64,000 nt of DNA from Minisyncoccota bacterium (GCA_041665445.1 JBAYIV010000002.1:5836-69835); one strand, 5' to 3'. Counted from the first letter of the stretch, positions 1 through 9,227 are shown. Notes: a model not told the origin generated them from the letters alone. Program-made: numbers and translations.

Positions 1-843
1 AATGCGCGCGCCCGATTTTGCGACTGTGATCGTTCGACTTGGCACGACACCACGACGCCGGTCGGCACATGCATAATACGAACAGCTGTTTCAACTTTAT
101 TGACGTTCTGCCCTCCTGGGCCAGACGATCGGAAAAATTCAACCTTCAAATCACTCTCTTTGATATTAAGCGTACTTTCTTTTATTTTTGGCGTCACATC
201 AACTAACGCGAACGATGTATGACGAAGTCCATCAGATGAAAACGGCGACACCCGCACCAAACGATGGACACCACTCTCTTTTTTAAGATATCCAAACGCA
301 TACGCGCCGGCAATTTCAAAAACAATATTTTTGAGCGGATGGCGACCTGTCTTTGACTGGAACGTTTCTTCTGTAGAATCAAGAACATCAAGCCTCCACC
401 CCTGTCGCTGGGCGTATTTTTGATACATCAAAAAGAGCATATGCACCCAGTCGGCCGCATCTTGTCCACCGGCGCCGGCGGCAATGCTTATAATGGCATC
501 GTTTTTATCCCATGGTCCGGCAAAAAGTTTTTTTATTTCCATCGCGCGTACGGAGCGTTCAAGCGCATAGAGACCATCTTCGTTGACTGTTTCTGGCGTA
601 GCGACAAAACCATCACATATATTCGCCGCCGCATCATAAGACTGGACAAGCGATTGTAACTCGCCCATCTCTTTTAGAATCGGCTCGGCGTCTTTTGGAT
701 TTTTCCACAACTCGGCGTCTTGAAGCGCGTACTCGATTTCTTTGATGCGCGTACGTTTACCGTCAACGTCAAAGCCAGCCTCCTAGCTGGCGGAGGCGGA
801 CCGAAAGCTCATTGAGCCGTTCTTGATATTCTTTTTGAATCAT
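1..843 (-). CDS. prfB: Peptide chain release factor 2; 3'-truncated by the window edge; +1 programmed frameshift
   Basis: ATG at 843 reads MIQKEYQERLNELSVRLRQLGGWL, then CTT-TGA-C. The +1 frame continues DVDGKRTRIKE...GAGGQDAADW...ESGVHRLVRVSPF...RHTSFA...RSSGPGGQNVNKVETAVR (SPF and GGQ motifs). Missing from the ORF track. Confidence 0.97.
768..784 (-). promoter_or_regulatory. prfB +1 frameshift signal (internal SD plus CTTTGAC)
   Basis: Minus strand AGGAGG-CTGG-CTTTGAC, the canonical RF2 autoregulatory site. Confidence 0.95.
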
Positions 844-849
844 GTGCGA

Positions 850-1170
850 TTAATTTTCCCAAAAAATTAAAACCAACGAAACTATGCCTAGTAAAATCCC
901 AATCAATTGCATTCCGGCTATTTCTTCTTTATAAAAAAGATAACCGATTACCACAGCAAGAACGGCGGAGGCAACGGAAAATATGATAGCACCTCGACCT
1001 AAACCGGAACCATTTTTAAGTGCAAGAAGCCAATACGCATTAGCAATAACATAGGCGGTGATTGCGCCAATCCATCGGATAGCACCTCCATACAAAGACC
1101 ATTCCTTTGCAAAAATGTCTGCAACAACTTCAAAAAAGATCAGGAGCGAGAGCGGTAAAAGCCAGCGCAT
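850..1170 (-). CDS. SMR/DMT-family small membrane transporter
   Basis: 106 aa with 4 hydrophobic helices, Glu in TM1 (FFEVVAD), and C-terminal GYLFYKEE...QLIGILLGIVSL. Confidence 0.8.
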   Translation of the reverse strand: MRWLLPLSLLIFFEVVADIFAKEWSLYGGAIRWIGAITAYVIANAYWLLALKNGSGLGRGAIIFSVASAVLAVVIGYLFYKEEIAGMQLIGILLGIVSLVLIFWEN

Positions 1171-1202
1171 GATGGTGAGTTGTGGGTTGTTGATTAATTT
1201 TG

Positions 1203-1275
1203 AGCCACCTCCCGGATTCGGACCGGGGACCCCATCTTTACGAAAGATGTGCTCTACCAGCTGAGCTAAGGTGGC
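1203..1275 (-). tRNA. tRNA-Thr(CGT), no encoded CCA
   Basis: GCCACCTTAGCTCAGCTGGTAGAGCACATCTTTCGTAAAGATGGGGTCCCCGGTCCGAATCCGGGAGGTGGCT folds as a cloverleaf; anticodon loop TT-CGT-AA. Confidence 0.93.
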
Positions 1276-1720
1276 GAGTCTTAACGAGCAAACGACCCTC
1301 TTTTGCTCTTACACTTACAATTCTATTTTTTCTTCCCTTCCCCCTATTGAGACCAGCATACGTCGGATTCAACGCATCACAGTTAGGACACAGCAAACGA
1401 AGATTGTTCTCGACGTTGTTCTCCCAGTTACCATCGATATGATCGGCGACTAACGGAACTTTCCCAGTTTTTGGATTCACCCTCTTCCATCCACACAAGC
1501 AACATTGGTTGTCGAACTTTTGACGCAAATATCGCTTTATATAACGCGAGACAATGCCCAAACCCTGCAGCCCGCTTACTTCACCAGTATTCCATTTTTT
1601 GATATAGGACTGGTACTGATATTCTATTTGGCACGCATTACTACAATAGACATAGGTCGCTCGAAGCACCTCTTTACTGCACACAAGACACCTTTTCCTC
1701 ATCTTCTTAGGCATCGACAT
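1238..1720 (-). CDS. HNH endonuclease with N-terminal Cys (zinc) motif
   Basis: CLVC...YCSNAC, then CCLCG...ADHIDGNWENN...NLRLLCPNCD. Overlaps the tRNA 5' half. Confidence 0.88.
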   Translation of the reverse strand: MSMPKKMRKRCLVCSKEVLRATYVYCSNACQIEYQYQSYIKKWNTGEVSGLQGLGIVSRYIKRYLRQKFDNQCCLCGWKRVNPKTGKVPLVADHIDGNWENNVENNLRLLCPNCDALNPTYAGLNRGKGRKNRIVSVRAKEGRLLVKTRHLSSAGRAHLS

Positions 1721-1862
1721 GCACTGAGTCTATCATACGAGAGACCACCGTCAATAAAAGAGGTGGTCGCATGTTAATGTACCATCAGATCATTGCGCTG
1801 TTACGCTATGCAACAACTCAAGAAGAATACGAAAAGATGCAAGAAAAAGCAACCTTTGTGCC

Positions 1863-2189
1863 CTAGTGCCCGTACATCAAAATACCAACCACGACGGCGC
1901 CATTGACGACAAGCCAGAGCGTATACGCAACGATAATCGGCATTTCTTTATGCACGAATCCGTACACAATCCATGGAATGTCAAGAACGGTGTAGACGAG
2001 CCATGAAAAAAGCGAGACTTCTCCGGCGCTGTGCGAAGAAAAGATGGCAATAATCTGCGGAATGGTGGCCGCCGGACCAATGATGGCAATGGCAACCAAA
2101 AGATTGTCCAAAAAACGCCCCCATGCGGTCGGGTGCGGATAGGGCATCGCTCGTTTGCGCGTATGAATATGATGTGTTGAAAATTGCAT
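1863..2189 (-). CDS. PQ-loop / SemiSWEET-family membrane protein
   Basis: TIPQIIAIF...S..VSLFSW...WIVYG; 3 TM helices. Confidence 0.8.
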   Translation of the reverse strand: MQFSTHHIHTRKRAMPYPHPTAWGRFLDNLLVAIAIIGPAATIPQIIAIFSSHSAGEVSLFSWLVYTVLDIPWIVYGFVHKEMPIIVAYTLWLVVNGAVVVGILMYGH

Positions 2190-2203
2190 GCGCGATAATC
2201 CGA

Positions 2204-2872
2204 TTATACGGTGAGAAACGCAAAATGTCCAAGTAGCTGTGGATATATATGTGCCAACACCAACGCCCCTGCCGCGGCAAGCAGCATCGGCCAGCCAAGG
2301 GTGGTATATTTTTCCTTAAAGAAAATCATCCGCACCAACGAAACCAAAACCACCATCACAAAGACCAACGGCACAAACAAGACAATCAACGGCCAACCGA
2401 CAACCAATGCCGCCAATAAACCGACTTGCAATTCCGTTTCATCAAAAAAACGACTCCGATACTTTTTGAGTAGCGCTAAAATTCCCCAAAAAACAATCGC
2501 ACACCCGATCCCAAGTAAAATAGCAAGCCAAAATCTACCATAGACATAGTAGGTAAAATATCCGGAACGCAGATGGAAAAGCCGAACAATCCACGCGACT
2601 GCCGACGTTTCTCCTATCTGAGCATCCAGCGGTTGGGCAAGCAAAGCCTTGGTGAGCGGACTGGCACCCCATGCAGCATATTGGGCAAGGGTCATATACA
2701 CCGCATATAAAATCTGCGCCAGCATCGCTATAAAAGTCGCACCCCACACCGCACCACCAACGTGACGCCACCGAGCACGCATGGCATACGCGATCCCTCC
2801 GACAAAAAGCAAAACCGCATCAACACCAGCCGCCATTGCAGGAACGTACTGAGCAAACGAATAAAAAGTCAT
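2204..2872 (-). CDS. Polytopic membrane protein, weakly like the A24 prepilin-peptidase C-terminal region
   Basis: Multiple TMs. FDETELQVGLLAALVVGWP...LGWPMLLAA resembles the A24 C-terminus but lacks GxGD. Confidence 0.6.
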   Translation of the reverse strand: MTFYSFAQYVPAMAAGVDAVLLFVGGIAYAMRARWRHVGGAVWGATFIAMLAQILYAVYMTLAQYAAWGASPLTKALLAQPLDAQIGETSAVAWIVRLFHLRSGYFTYYVYGRFWLAILLGIGCAIVFWGILALLKKYRSRFFDETELQVGLLAALVVGWPLIVLFVPLVFVMVVLVSLVRMIFFKEKYTTLGWPMLLAAAGALVLAHIYPQLLGHFAFLTV

Positions 2873-2877
2873 ACCAA

Positions 2878-4626
2878 TTATCTTTTTTCCTGATGGTCGA
2901 GCGAATCAAGCGTTCCCTCAATCTTTTTTTCTACATCCGCAACATCATCGCGCAATTCGGTCAGAAGGGCGCTTTCTTCTTCGGAGAGACGACGCTTAGA
3001 AGTTGTTTTTTCTAAGATATCAACGTGATTGCGCACATGCGCGGCAAGACGGATTAATGCTTGATGCAATGTTTCTTCTGTTTTATGTTTCCCGATGCCA
3101 ATTTCTTTTTGCAGCCGGCGCAGGCGTCGCACCATGAGCAACGCGACAAAAGCGGTGCCAATGAGGAAAAATATAATAAAGGCACCAAGCGAGCCATACG
3201 TAAGCCACGACATTGCAATGCGCATCCATGCTTGTTGATTAATGACCAGCGATACTGGTGCCGTCGGATTACTTTGTGCGCCGCGTGCATCAACCGCATG
3301 TGCCGTAAGTACATAGAGTCCATCGCTGACTTTGGTGGGCCAGACTAACGCAAAGTTTCCGTCAACAGTTGTCGAGGCCGAAGCAACGAACGCCTCTCCG
3401 TTTTCTCCCTTTAACGAAAGAACAATTGATTCTCCCGACGTCGCATGACCAGCGATGATGATCGGATCCCCCGCTACGCTTTGAAGCGGGTACGAGTCAA
3501 TAACGGGGGCGGGAATCGGAACCACCGTTAGTTGCGTCGTGGCCCGCGTGCTATTTCCTGCCGCGTCGAATGCTTCAACGGTGATTGTTTTCTGCCCGGG
3601 CGCTTGCGGGGGCAATTGATAAGTCGCCATATTCTTCGATGGATTGGCAGCGACTGTGTCAATTATCTGCCCATCAACGGTGATTGTATAATGATCAACG
3701 CCCGAAAGATCATCGGCTGTCCCAAATGAAATCGTCGGATGCGGATCGTCGCTTGGAGACTCGCCCTGAACGAGAACGGCAAAATTGTGTGGTGGTGCAG
3801 TATCAATATTCACTCGATGCATGCCAACCGCCCCCCATCCGTCCTTTGTTTGTTCCTGGACGCGGAAATACCATGTCCCGTCATCGCTCGCATCAATGTT
3901 TTTTGTCCAAATGGGGGGATCGTAGGACACCGCGGGTAGCGTTGCTTTGTTTTGATCATACACCAAACGAACGGCAGTCACTAAACTATTTTTTGGCCAC
4001 GCAAAAACGACGGGGCTCTTGGCATACCATTTTGTTTGATCGGGATGCGTCACCGAAGATATGACCGGCGCACCGGACGGAACGGGCGGCTCGGGAGCGA
4101 TGATTTCTTGCGCTCGCACCGCAACCTGCGCATTGGCGACGCTGGTTAAAATTTGCGTTCCCTGACCATCATTGGCGAGCACCGACCCATCGCGAATGGA
4201 AAACGACCCACTCCCCGCCGACTGCGCGCGCGCGTAGACCGTCAACACTAAACCACGGTCTCCGGTAAATCCCGGATTAGTCACTACGCCGCTAAAATAG
4301 ACCGAACGGCCCGTACCGGCATATGATGGCTTCTGAATCCAGAAAGAGATAATTGAACCGTCAATCGCAACACTTGAAAAATCAACCATCGACGGCACAA
4401 CCAGCGTTCCCTCAACAGCGTTTGTCGCCTCACCCGAGCTCCCCACATAGATGCGCGCGACAATGGTATCTCCTATCCCGTAAGTCGTGCGCGATGTAGC
4501 CACCGACAGGGTCGCTGCACTGGCGTACGATGGCGTTAAAATACCCAAGGCGCATGCAAAAAAAAGAATTCCGAAAAACGATCCGATAACTGCCTGAATA
4601 ATTTTTTGAGGCCTAGGAAGAGACAT
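2878..4626 (-). CDS. Cohesin-like plus Ig-like repeat surface protein with C-terminal TM and coiled tail
   Basis: Signal peptide; GDTIVARIYV...NAVEGTL...VLANDGQGT; SSVTHPDQTKWY; DTAPP...DDLSGVDHY...AFDAAGN; TM near the C-terminus. Start taken at MSLPRPQ. Confidence 0.8.
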   Translation of the reverse strand: MSLPRPQKIIQAVIGSFFGILFFACALGILTPSYASAATLSVATSRTTYGIGDTIVARIYVGSSGEATNAVEGTLVVPSMVDFSSVAIDGSIISFWIQKPSYAGTGRSVYFSGVVTNPGFTGDRGLVLTVYARAQSAGSGSFSIRDGSVLANDGQGTQILTSVANAQVAVRAQEIIAPEPPVPSGAPVISSVTHPDQTKWYAKSPVVFAWPKNSLVTAVRLVYDQNKATLPAVSYDPPIWTKNIDASDDGTWYFRVQEQTKDGWGAVGMHRVNIDTAPPHNFAVLVQGESPSDDPHPTISFGTADDLSGVDHYTITVDGQIIDTVAANPSKNMATYQLPPQAPGQKTITVEAFDAAGNSTRATTQLTVVPIPAPVIDSYPLQSVAGDPIIIAGHATSGESIVLSLKGENGEAFVASASTTVDGNFALVWPTKVSDGLYVLTAHAVDARGAQSNPTAPVSLVINQQAWMRIAMSWLTYGSLGAFIIFFLIGTAFVALLMVRRLRRLQKEIGIGKHKTEETLHQALIRLAAHVRNHVDILEKTTSKRRLSEEESALLTELRDDVADVEKKIEGTLDSLDHQEKR

Positions 4627-5623
4627 GACGCTTGATATTGATGAGTATATACCATCCAACAATACTCGCAAACCCAACGCCAACCAATAACCAAAGAATC
4701 ATCCGCCATGATTGTGCGATCGGGCCTAATAAAGGCGCACGCGCTGGCGCGACAATTGCTACGCGCGCATTGCCGGCTCCATCAATCGCACGCACATACA
4801 CATAATTCCCCAACGACTGGTCAGCGAGCCGATAGGGGCTTGTCGCCTCATGCCAAACAAGAGCATCGCCATAATGAACGGGATCAATCACGCGCGAATC
4901 TTCTGCAACGGCATATCCCGCGATACCCGTGTCATTATCGCGCGTGGAAAACGAAACAAAATATTCCCCCTCTAACACCAACGGATCGCGCGCCACAAGC
5001 GGCGTAAACGCGTCGGGAGGAATAACATCAACGGACGTATATTTTTTATTTTGCGCATCATTTCCGGACAGCGCATTGTCACCGATCGTAAGATTGTCCC
5101 CCGTAATAGTCAGGGGCGCGGGGGTACCCTTCCCGTCATTGCGCAACACCAATGCATTGTGCACGTCAAATAAAGCTCCCCCGGCATGCTGGGCAAGGAA
5201 AACAAGATCAATAATTTTCCCCGGACGCTCTCCCTCCCAATACGCACTCAAACTGCCGTTATACCCGCCGGGCATAATGCCACTGATGGTGATTGCGCTG
5301 TTGACATTGGCGGTCGTCGTCGTATCGCGCGCAACCCATTCTCCGATAACCGAATCGGCATTGCGAATCGTCTGAAGATTTACTTGGGTGCCAAAACTGA
5401 CGGTTGCCTGCACCGCATTCACCGATTCCCCTTGCGGGTCAAGCATCAGAGAAACCGTCACCGTGTCGCCGACACCAACCGCATTGGGTTGATGAACCAA
5501 ATATAAACGAGCCGCAAACACGGAATGAGGAAAGACAAAAAGCGATCCGGTCAGGATGATGCCAAGCGCAACCAGCGGAGCGCTTTTGAAAAATTTTTGA
5601 TTTTTAAATTTTAATTTTTGCAT
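4613..5623 (-). CDS. Cohesin-like domain membrane-anchored protein
   Basis: GDTVTVSLMLD..GESVNAVQATV.F...VLRNDGKGT; DNDTGIAGY...VRAIDGAGN; C-terminal TM. Confidence 0.8.
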   Translation of the reverse strand: MQKLKFKNQKFFKSAPLVALGIILTGSLFVFPHSVFAARLYLVHQPNAVGVGDTVTVSLMLDPQGESVNAVQATVSFGTQVNLQTIRNADSVIGEWVARDTTTTANVNSAITISGIMPGGYNGSLSAYWEGERPGKIIDLVFLAQHAGGALFDVHNALVLRNDGKGTPAPLTITGDNLTIGDNALSGNDAQNKKYTSVDVIPPDAFTPLVARDPLVLEGEYFVSFSTRDNDTGIAGYAVAEDSRVIDPVHYGDALVWHEATSPYRLADQSLGNYVYVRAIDGAGNARVAIVAPARAPLLGPIAQSWRMILWLLVGVGFASIVGWYILINIKRHVSS

Positions 5624-5889
5624 TTCTCTCCCTGAGCATACAAATACTCTTTAAGCATTCTTTTGAGTAAACGGCTCCCCTGACTTGTTTTTAAATATTT
5701 TTCTCTACGCATCGCATCATCTTTGTTACGATACGCCTCATAATGAATGAGCACCCATGGAACATATTTTCTTGTGTACGTGACAAAGCCATCATTGTGT
5801 TGTTTAAACCTTCTTCGCAAGTCATTCGTATAACCGATATACAAACTCTTATTTTTTACGCTCTCTAATATATAAACGTAGTAGAACAT
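5611..5889 (-). CDS. GIY-YIG nuclease family protein
   Basis: YYVYILES...LYIGYTNDLRRRF.QHN.G...YEAY...A..REKYLK. Confidence 0.93.
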   Translation of the reverse strand: MFYYVYILESVKNKSLYIGYTNDLRRRFKQHNDGFVTYTRKYVPWVLIHYEAYRNKDDAMRREKYLKTSQGSRLLKRMLKEYLYAQGEKCKN

Positions 5890-5898
5890 ATTCGGTCC

Positions 5899-5975
5899 AC
5901 CGGGTAGTGAAAATGCGATCCGCTACGCGGAAAGTCTCGCCAACAGGCGAGACAATCGCATTTCTACTACCCGGT
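5899..5975. repeat. Y-shaped palindromic element (21-bp outer stem plus two inner hairpins)
   Basis: ACCGGGTAGTGAAAATGCGAT (5899-5919) pairs 19/21 with ATCGCATTTCTACTACCCGGT (5955-5975). Inner hairpins are CCGC-TAC-GCGG and GTCTCGCC-AACA-GGCGAGAC. Confidence 0.85.
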
Positions 5976-7031
5976 CCAATAATATGCCATAATTGAAAAA
6001 TCGATGAGATCCACTTTGCCGTCCATGTTTAAATCAACTCGCTGTTCCGCTTCTGCTGTCAGCGGTCGTTTATACCAATACGCCAGAATCGAAAAATCAA
6101 CGAGGTTTACTTTGCCGTCGCAGTTCAGATCTGCACGCATACAGCTATAAGACTGCGTGTAAACGTTTGAATCGCCGACTTTAAAAAACGCAACGGCGGA
6201 ATAGGGACTCTGCACCCCATTCAGCGTCGTCTTTGCCATCGCCGAATGATCGCCGTACGACAATAGCGACGAATCAAGTTGCTGTGTGTAAATTCCGTCC
6301 GCGCCGGTCGTCACTGTGCTGGTGACTATTTGACTAGAATGAATAGAGAGGTTAACCGTACTACTTGGAGCGCTCGCCCCTGTTATAATAATCGGGTCCC
6401 CCTGCTTCACATGAGATTTATCAGTTACAATAGTCGGCGGAATAAAAATTCCGCTCACAACAGTTGATATCCCGTTGGTGATATCAACCGCAAAGGTATT
6501 GAGCACCGACCGAGTGCCACGCGCATCTTGCGAATAAACGCTAAACGTATAGACACCCCCCGAAAGCCCCGACAAATTAAATTCAAAATGCGCATCGGGA
6601 CTTGCGGTAACACGAGCCACTTGTTGCCCATCGCGCAATAAGACGATCGGGCTTCCCGGATATGCTGTCCCCCGAAATGTTACTTGGGTCACCGATGACG
6701 GCGGAGCACCACCGCCTCCCCCGCCACCGCCGGGCGGGATCACCATAAAACAAGCTGAGGCGTTTATTGTGCAATCAACATTGCACGATAAACCGCCTCC
6801 CGTATAGCCGAATGAGGCACAGGTGAGATTATTGAGATTTGCCCCATCACATTGCTCGCCGCTATCAATGCTACCGTTACCGCACGACAGCGGTATGACC
6901 CGCGCACTAACCGTTACCGAAACCGCTTGCGCGTGCAAAAAAACATGACGCATAATGATAGAATAAGCGCCCGAGAAGGCGCTTATTACCACGGCGCATA
7001 TGAGAAGTAGTTCAAATTTCCTTTCTTTCAT
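5967..7031 (-). CDS. Secreted protein with Cys-rich repeat, Ig-like domains and C-terminal type I dockerin
   Basis: CGNGSIDSGEQCDG Cys repeat; poly-Gly linker; duplicated Ca-loop ADLNCDGKVNLVDFSIL / VDLNMDGKVDLIDFSIM. Confidence 0.85.
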   Translation of the reverse strand: MKERKFELLLICAVVISAFSGAYSIIMRHVFLHAQAVSVTVSARVIPLSCGNGSIDSGEQCDGANLNNLTCASFGYTGGGLSCNVDCTINASACFMVIPPGGGGGGGGAPPSSVTQVTFRGTAYPGSPIVLLRDGQQVARVTASPDAHFEFNLSGLSGGVYTFSVYSQDARGTRSVLNTFAVDITNGISTVVSGIFIPPTIVTDKSHVKQGDPIIITGASAPSSTVNLSIHSSQIVTSTVTTGADGIYTQQLDSSLLSYGDHSAMAKTTLNGVQSPYSAVAFFKVGDSNVYTQSYSCMRADLNCDGKVNLVDFSILAYWYKRPLTAEAEQRVDLNMDGKVDLIDFSIMAYYWTG

Positions 7032-7069
7032 GCGTCAATAAACAACAACCGATCCCACCACCCCCTAAA

Positions 7070-7975
7070 TTATGAATGAGACGCGCGATTCACGATCCAT
7101 TTATTATATCGCTTGATGCCGACCGGCAAAACCCAGAAAATCACAATCAGAATGAGTGCGATAACAATCGTGTTCCACAGGGGCAGAACGAAGAACCACC
7201 TTGAGGCGGTTACCTGCGTGGAATTCTGGCCATAGGTCAGCGTTGCCACCGCATGGTAGAGCCCGAATGCCCAGGGATTGCTCTGCCACACGGCATCAAA
7301 TGACTTCGTGCTTTGCGGCAGAACGTTTGACCCGGGTTCATTGACCGAAAGTGTCGCCGAGGTCATCCCCAACATATTACGTACCACGATGCTTCCCTGC
7401 GGTTTTTCATAAACGTTTCCTTCATTCTTGAACGAGGTGGAAAATGATATCGGGTATCCAAAGAAAAATAAACCTCCGTTATTGGCGACAAAATTAGTCA
7501 TTGATCCGCCTTCGTGGATATCGCCGGCAACAGTCATGTACACCAAAATTCCCGCGCGTGTCACAATGGAGACTTGCTGACCTCCCTGCACATTAGGAGG
7601 AGCCGTGCTCCACCACATCACCGCAAAATGTCCTCCCGGCGGAGCATTTTTCGGAATATCCATTGTAAACGGAATATCTTTCTGTTCTCCCGCCTTAAGC
7701 GTTACTGATGGCAACGCCACGAACCACGTCGCGATATCGCTCGTTTCTTTGGTAAAAATTTTATTACCATTATTTTCTATAAATTTTTCAAACGATGGAT
7801 AGAAAGTCGCCTCTTCGTTGCCATCATTGATCACCGTTACGGTTCCTTTCACCGTATCGCCCGGATTTACAGAAAACTCAAGCCGAACTGGTCCGACTGT
7901 AATCGCATGTGCCATAGGTGCACTGGCCAGTGCACCTATGATTCCAAGCACCATGAGCAGTGCCTTTTTTTTCAT
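7070..7975 (-). CDS. DUF916/WxL-interacting-like (PapD-like Ig) membrane-anchored chaperone
   Basis: Signal peptide; VGPVRLEFSVNPGDTVKGTVTVIN; IPKNAPPGGH; FKNEGNVYEKPQG; FGLYHA; C-terminal TM with basic tail. Confidence 0.75.
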   Translation of the reverse strand: MKKKALLMVLGIIGALASAPMAHAITVGPVRLEFSVNPGDTVKGTVTVINDGNEEATFYPSFEKFIENNGNKIFTKETSDIATWFVALPSVTLKAGEQKDIPFTMDIPKNAPPGGHFAVMWWSTAPPNVQGGQQVSIVTRAGILVYMTVAGDIHEGGSMTNFVANNGGLFFFGYPISFSTSFKNEGNVYEKPQGSIVVRNMLGMTSATLSVNEPGSNVLPQSTKSFDAVWQSNPWAFGLYHAVATLTYGQNSTQVTASRWFFVLPLWNTIVIALILIVIFWVLPVGIKRYNKWIVNRASHS

Positions 7976-8008
7976 AATATAATATAAGCGGAGAGTATTT
8001 TGTGCTGG

Positions 8009-8599
8009 CTAGTTTCCCGTGCAACCATAGGTAATAGTGTCTGCATAGCTTCCCGCTGACGTCAAACCACTAATCGCCGCTTTATGGGTGACAACGACCT
8101 CTTTGCCGCTGATCGGTGCCGCTGACGACGCCAAGGTTACCGTAGAAACAGAGAGTCCACCGACTACATTCCCCGTCTGAAGATATTTTGTGGCGATCGT
8201 TAGGGTTCCACCAGTCCCTGCCGCCGTACCGGCGCCTTGAATGCCGTACCCCTCGACTCCCGCGGAAAGCGTCGCGTCAGCCGACGGTACTAAGTGTGAA
8301 GCAACTGAATTCCACAAACCTGGATTGGTTGTGTCCCCCGCATCATTGACCGACAACGTACATCCCGCGCCATAGTTACAAGACATAGTCGTCGTAACGT
8401 TTGGCGTTGAAGTTGTTATAACACCAGTTGTCAACGTTCCAAACGCTGTTGTGGTTGTTGCTGTTGAGCACGAAACCGACGTAGCAACTGTTGCGCTGAC
8501 CGTCACCGTACCCGCCTGCACACTGACAATCATCGCGGCCGTACCGGCAATAATTACCGCTCCGACCAACAATCCCAACGCAATACTCTTTTTATTCAT
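8009..8599 (-). CDS. Small secreted beta-rich subunit (WxL/SCPU-Csu pilin-like)
   Basis: Signal peptide ending VQA; GTVTVSATV..SC...FG.L...SC; C-terminal AGSYADTITY. Has its own upstream promoter. Confidence 0.75.
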   Translation of the reverse strand: MNKKSIALGLLVGAVIIAGTAAMIVSVQAGTVTVSATVATSVSCSTATTTTAFGTLTTGVITTSTPNVTTTMSCNYGAGCTLSVNDAGDTTNPGLWNSVASHLVPSADATLSAGVEGYGIQGAGTAAGTGGTLTIATKYLQTGNVVGGLSVSTVTLASSAAPISGKEVVVTHKAAISGLTSAGSYADTITYGCTGN

Positions 8600-8743
8600 A
8601 CCTTTTTTGTTTTAGTGACTATTATATATAAAACTATTTTTTAAATCCTCCAATTGCTGTCTTATTTGCCGTTATTTTCCCAAGGATAAATCGACCCCGT
8701 TGTTTAAAAAATCGGCACAAAAACTTTTATAACTACTTGTTTG

Positions 8744-8791
8744 AGTATAACACAAGAGAAAAAATAAAAAAAGCAAGTGGGGTGTGGATAA
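8744..8791 (-). promoter_or_regulatory. Extended -10 promoter (TGTTATACT) with upstream DnaA box TTATCCACA
   Basis: TATACT at 8744-8749 preceded by TG; perfect DnaA box at 8783-8791. Confidence 0.55.
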
Positions 8792-8804
8792 CATACCGAA
8801 GGCT

Positions 8805-8850
8805 TTGGGGTAAAGGGTTTAGGGTAGAGGAGGTTGGGGTTAGGAGGGAG
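8805..8850 (+). repeat. G-rich short-unit tract flanking the four-helix-bundle gene
   Basis: GGGGTAAAGGGTTTAGGGTAGAGGAGGTTGGGGTTAGG; partly complementary to the C-rich tract at 9228-9270. Confidence 0.7.
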
Positions 8851-8852
8851 AA

Positions 8853-9212
8853 TTAACAGCGAAGTTTAATTTTTCTAATCATAGCCGCGAGCATCTTTTG
8901 AATTTCCTCTAGTTTCCCCTCCGCATCACCAAAGGCTTCATTTTTATAGAGATCTCTGGCTATAGTAATCTGCGTCTCGAGTTCTGCCGCCGAACCATTT
9001 GCAATACTCAAAAACTGCAGGTATTCAGCGGTATTTTTTCTTTTATACCCTTCGGCGATATTTGACGGGATTGATACTGACGCTCGCCTCATTTGCGACG
9101 ATAGTCCGTATATTTCTGACTTCGGAAAATGCTCGGTTATCCGATATATTTCCTTTGATAGCGCAATTGATTTTTGCCAAACCAAAAGATCTTTAAAAGA
9201 TTTCAGGGACAT
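8853..9212 (-). CDS. Four helix bundle protein (23S rRNA IVS protein family)
   Basis: SFKDLLVWQKS...FPKSEIYGLSSQMRRASVSIPSNIAEG...FLSIANGSAAELETQ. Confidence 0.95.
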   Translation of the reverse strand: MSLKSFKDLLVWQKSIALSKEIYRITEHFPKSEIYGLSSQMRRASVSIPSNIAEGYKRKNTAEYLQFLSIANGSAAELETQITIARDLYKNEAFGDAEGKLEEIQKMLAAMIRKIKLRC

Positions 9213-9227
9213 AATTATATTTTTTTG

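Noticed and set aside
203-659. ORF-track entries 203-391 and 420-659, and most other short or plus-strand ORFs overlapping called genes
   Set aside because: They are shadow frames of prfB and other motif-supported minus-strand genes.
1203-1720. Group I intron in the tRNA carrying the HNH ORF
   Set aside because: The tRNA is contiguous and complete; the ORF lies upstream and only overlaps it.
8853-9212. 23S rRNA gene with an intervening sequence
   Set aside because: The flanks are protein-coding genes, and no rRNA sequence is present.
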